Shown piece by piece: positions 61,336 through 64,000 of a DNA stretch of 64,000 bases. The first letter of the stretch is position 1. The number at the start of each line of letters is the position of its first letter. The stretch is taken from the NCBI GenBank assembly GCA_041671225.1, contig JBAZBY010000001.1:30338-94337 (forward strand), given 5' to 3'. The notes beneath the pieces are model-generated. The model made no database searches. It was not told the DNA's origin and worked only from the letters and a program-made list of their open reading frames with translations. A program made the translations under genes and the position numbers. The stretch is from Patescibacteria group bacterium (lineage in GTDB: Bacteria > Patescibacteriota > Patescibacteriia > JBAZBY01).

Positions 61336-63886
61336 AGCTCATACACTTCATGCAACCCTCAGTAAAGTTCAAACGTGCACTGCAATCAGGACATACTGGT
61401 GCGTGACCAAGATCGGCAATGGAAATAGGCTTCTTTGTGTATGCAGTCGTTGGGTTCTCACTTCGTTCTGTTTTTGCAACTACCTCCTGAGAGGTGAATC
61501 CAAATTCTACCTTTGTCGCGGCTTCTGCTGTTCCTGCTGCTGACGGAGCTACCTTCTTTTGTTCTCCTACTCCGCTCTCATAGTGCAAATCAAGCTGCGG
61601 CTGATCACCCTTTATGTGACGCGCCAACACTTTTGCAATCGCGTCCGGCAAAGAGAGCACCTGTCCACCTTCATGCCAGAAGATATCTGGTCCACGAATG
61701 CCTTGCAGCTGCTTGATAATTTCCTCAGGCTTCACCCCGGTGGAGAGAGCTAATGAGATCAAACGACAAAGTGATTCGGTTTGTGTGGCAAAGAATCCTC
61801 CGGTCTTGCCGATGGTGGCAAACACTTCAAAGGGGCTGTTGTTTTCATCATTATTCACGGTGATGTAGAGGTTACCGTAGGGGGTTGGCATTTTGTATGT
61901 ACGACCGACCATAACGTCTGGCCGTGTACGCGGAGTGAGTGTTGGACTTCCTGCGAGCGCGGTACTTGCTGTTGCTTTTTCTTTTACCGTCTCTTTGGTC
62001 TTCGAATCATTGAGGTTCAAAACTTGCAGATCACGAGATTTGTCACGATACACCGTGCAACCCTTACAGCGGAGTTCCCATGCAAGCAGGTACCCCTGCA
62101 GTACATCTTCTTTTGTCGCATCCTGCTTAAAATTGATGGTCTTTGAAATGGAGTTATCGACGTGGCGCTGGAATGCTGCCTGCATCCGTGTGTGATCTTC
62201 TGGAGAAATATCCATGGCGACCGTAAAAACACGCTTGATATCCTCTGGGATCTCTTTGATATCCTGCAAGCTACCCTTCTCAATGATCTTATCCATGAGT
62301 TCCTTTGAATACACTCCGGCTTCTTCCAATGCGTCCTTCAAATGCTTGTTCACATATTGGAGCTCTGTTTTACCACCAAGAATGCCTTTGTAGTGATATG
62401 CCAATGCAAAGTACGGCTCTACCCCGCCTGAAACATCAAAGAACATAGCAATGGTGCCAGTCGGCGCAATGGTCGTGCGTGCAGCATTGCGCATCTTGAT
62501 GCCCTGCTCTTTGTAAATAGAAAGGTCGTAGTTTGGGAAACTGCACTTCTCTTCTGCAAGCTCCTGCGACATCTTGAAAGATTCTTCCTGAATAGTGCCC
62601 ATCACTTCTTCTGCGACCTGGCGACCTTCTGGTGAGTTATAGGGAATGCGAAGCTTGAGCAACATGTCGGCAAATCCCATAATGCCAAGTCCGAAACGAC
62701 GGTTCGATTTTGCGGTTTTGTTTACGCGCTCTGCTGGGAAGTTGGAGATATCGACAACATTATCGAGCAAGCGTGTCGCGGTACGCGTTACCTGGCGAAG
62801 ACGATCAAAATCAATGGTGCGATCCTTTGTCACGAATTGTTCAAGGACAATGGAACCAAGGTTGCAGACATCACTGTCATGAAGAAACTGCTCACCACAT
62901 GGGTTGCATGCCTCAATACGACCAAGCCCGGGAATGGGATTGGTCTTATTCACTTCATCAAGGAACACGCAGCCCGGCTCGCCATTGTTCCACGCCGCAT
63001 CCACGATCTCTTCAAAGAGTTCCCGAGCGGTCATGGTTACTTCCTCGATCTCAATGGCTGTTTCTCCTCCAGCGCGCGTAATACGTCGCGGCTTTATTTT
63101 TTGATCCTTCCATTCACAAAACCACGGATTTGGATCATTATCCTTTACTGCCTGCATGAATTTGTCCGTCAGGCCTACGGAAATATTGAAGTTCTTAATA
63201 TCGCCTTCTTTCTTCTTGCAATGCACGAACTCAAGTATGTCTGGATGGTCAACGCGCATCACCGCCATATTAGCGCCATGACGATTCTGTTGCTTAATCA
63301 CGCCAAACGCTTGATCAAATACCCGCAGGAAGGAGATCGGGCCAGATGCCTGCCCTTTGGAACGCTTTGTGTTGGAGCCTGCCGGACGCATGAGGTGCAG
63401 GGGAAAACCCAAACCAGAACCAGCCTGCTGGAGCAGTGATGCATCTTTAAGCGTGCCAAAAATAGATTCCATGGAATCCTGCACGTTCAATACAATGCAG
63501 TTTGCAACAACTGGCGTGTCCGCGCCTGCGTTTGTGAGGGTTCGCCCAGCTGGGGTGAACTCCTTGCGCATCATCACACTATAAAACTCATCCGCAATTT
63601 CCTTCACTTCCGCTTCCGATTTGCCATAATCCTTCTCAACACCGGCCAAAGCATCGGCCACGCGACGAAGCGCTTCCTCTGGTTCTTCTATTTCACCATT
63701 TTCTTTCTCAAGCGCATAGCGACGCTTAAAAACCTCCAACGCATTATCAGTAATAGCAAAACGTTCAGGGACACTCACCTTTTCTGTATGTTTACCATTA
63801 CTCCCGTTCCGAAATGAACGGGTTAAGATATCCTTCAGGCGTTCCTCAATGGATACGGAATCTACCTTCTGTGGTGCGTCGGACAT
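61313..63886 (-). CDS. nrdJ: Class II adenosylcobalamin-dependent ribonucleotide reductase with C-terminal TSCPD and Zn-ribbon
   Basis: NCIV, RHGANM, HPDILEF, NPCGEQ, CNLGS, APTGT, ISKTIN, KGCTVYRD, CPDC...CMSC; SD GGAGGT. Confidence 0.95.
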   Translation of the reverse strand: MSDAPQKVDSVSIEERLKDILTRSFRNGSNGKHTEKVSVPERFAITDNALEVFKRRYALEKENGEIEEPEEALRRVADALAGVEKDYGKSEAEVKEIADEFYSVMMRKEFTPAGRTLTNAGADTPVVANCIVLNVQDSMESIFGTLKDASLLQQAGSGLGFPLHLMRPAGSNTKRSKGQASGPISFLRVFDQAFGVIKQQNRHGANMAVMRVDHPDILEFVHCKKKEGDIKNFNISVGLTDKFMQAVKDNDPNPWFCEWKDQKIKPRRITRAGGETAIEIEEVTMTARELFEEIVDAAWNNGEPGCVFLDEVNKTNPIPGLGRIEACNPCGEQFLHDSDVCNLGSIVLEQFVTKDRTIDFDRLRQVTRTATRLLDNVVDISNFPAERVNKTAKSNRRFGLGIMGFADMLLKLRIPYNSPEGRQVAEEVMGTIQEESFKMSQELAEEKCSFPNYDLSIYKEQGIKMRNAARTTIAPTGTIAMFFDVSGGVEPYFALAYHYKGILGGKTELQYVNKHLKDALEEAGVYSKELMDKIIEKGSLQDIKEIPEDIKRVFTVAMDISPEDHTRMQAAFQRHVDNSISKTINFKQDATKEDVLQGYLLAWELRCKGCTVYRDKSRDLQVLNLNDSKTKETVKEKATASTALAGSPTLTPRTRPDVMVGRTYKMPTPYGNLYITVNNDENNSPFEVFATIGKTGGFFATQTESLCRLISLALSTGVKPEEIIKQLQGIRGPDIFWHEGGQVLSLPDAIAKVLARHIKGDQPQLDLHYESGVGEQKKVAPSAAGTAEAATKVEFGFTSQEVVAKTERSENPTTAYTKKPISIADLGHAPVCPDCSARLNFTEGCMKCMSCGFSKCG

Positions 63887-64000
63887 AGTACCTCCAAAAA
63901 GATTAATCGGACAGAAGAAAAGCGTGAGATGCGTGCCGTGCACTCCCTCGCCCTTCCCCCGTCTTGTAAGTGATCAACGTTTACTTTTTGCCTTTCTTCC

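Noticed and set aside
61313-63886. Intein in nrdJ
   Set aside because: Motifs are contiguous and the length is explained by the TSCPD tail; no intein signatures seen.
63887-64000. Cobalamin riboswitch or NrdR box upstream of nrdJ
   Set aside because: No B12-box or NrdR consensus recognised in the available sequence; it may lie beyond the window.

Overview
Chromosomal window from a Patescibacteria (CPR, Parcubacteria/ABY1-like) bacterium using the standard code; the taxonomy is inferred from gene content and style. Most genes are on the minus strand. Housekeeping content: pheST, a UvrD helicase-nuclease fusion, a full F1Fo ATP synthase operon interrupted by a degenerate Nudix gene, divergent guaA/guaB plus a deaminase-type amidohydrolase, rmuC-tatD-cvpA-metG, an AI-2E transporter, an M16 peptidase, glyQS, a membrane-anchored Clp ATPase, recO-ileS, argS, smpB-tmRNA-infC-rpmI-rplT, tRNA-Asp, an NHL/FG-GAP surface protein, split comEC, frameshifted prfB, htrA, and a B12 module (nrdJ-btuR-putative transporter). 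The most striking unexplained feature is an ~840-nt region at 17.5-18.35 kb with no credible ORF. It lies between a sigma70-like promoter and a 13-bp terminal stem, is densely base-paired, and is a candidate large structured ncRNA. Other signals: (1) a 28-bp palindrome family inserted in-frame in essential genes; (2) two expression styles, with leaderless-type -10 promoters on core genes and TTGACA-17-TAnnnT promoters plus boxA-like motif and SD on orphan genes; (3) a tmRNA with a non-canonical T-loop and a 26-aa tag. No CRISPR array, integrase or transposase was seen. All calls were made by eye, without database searches.
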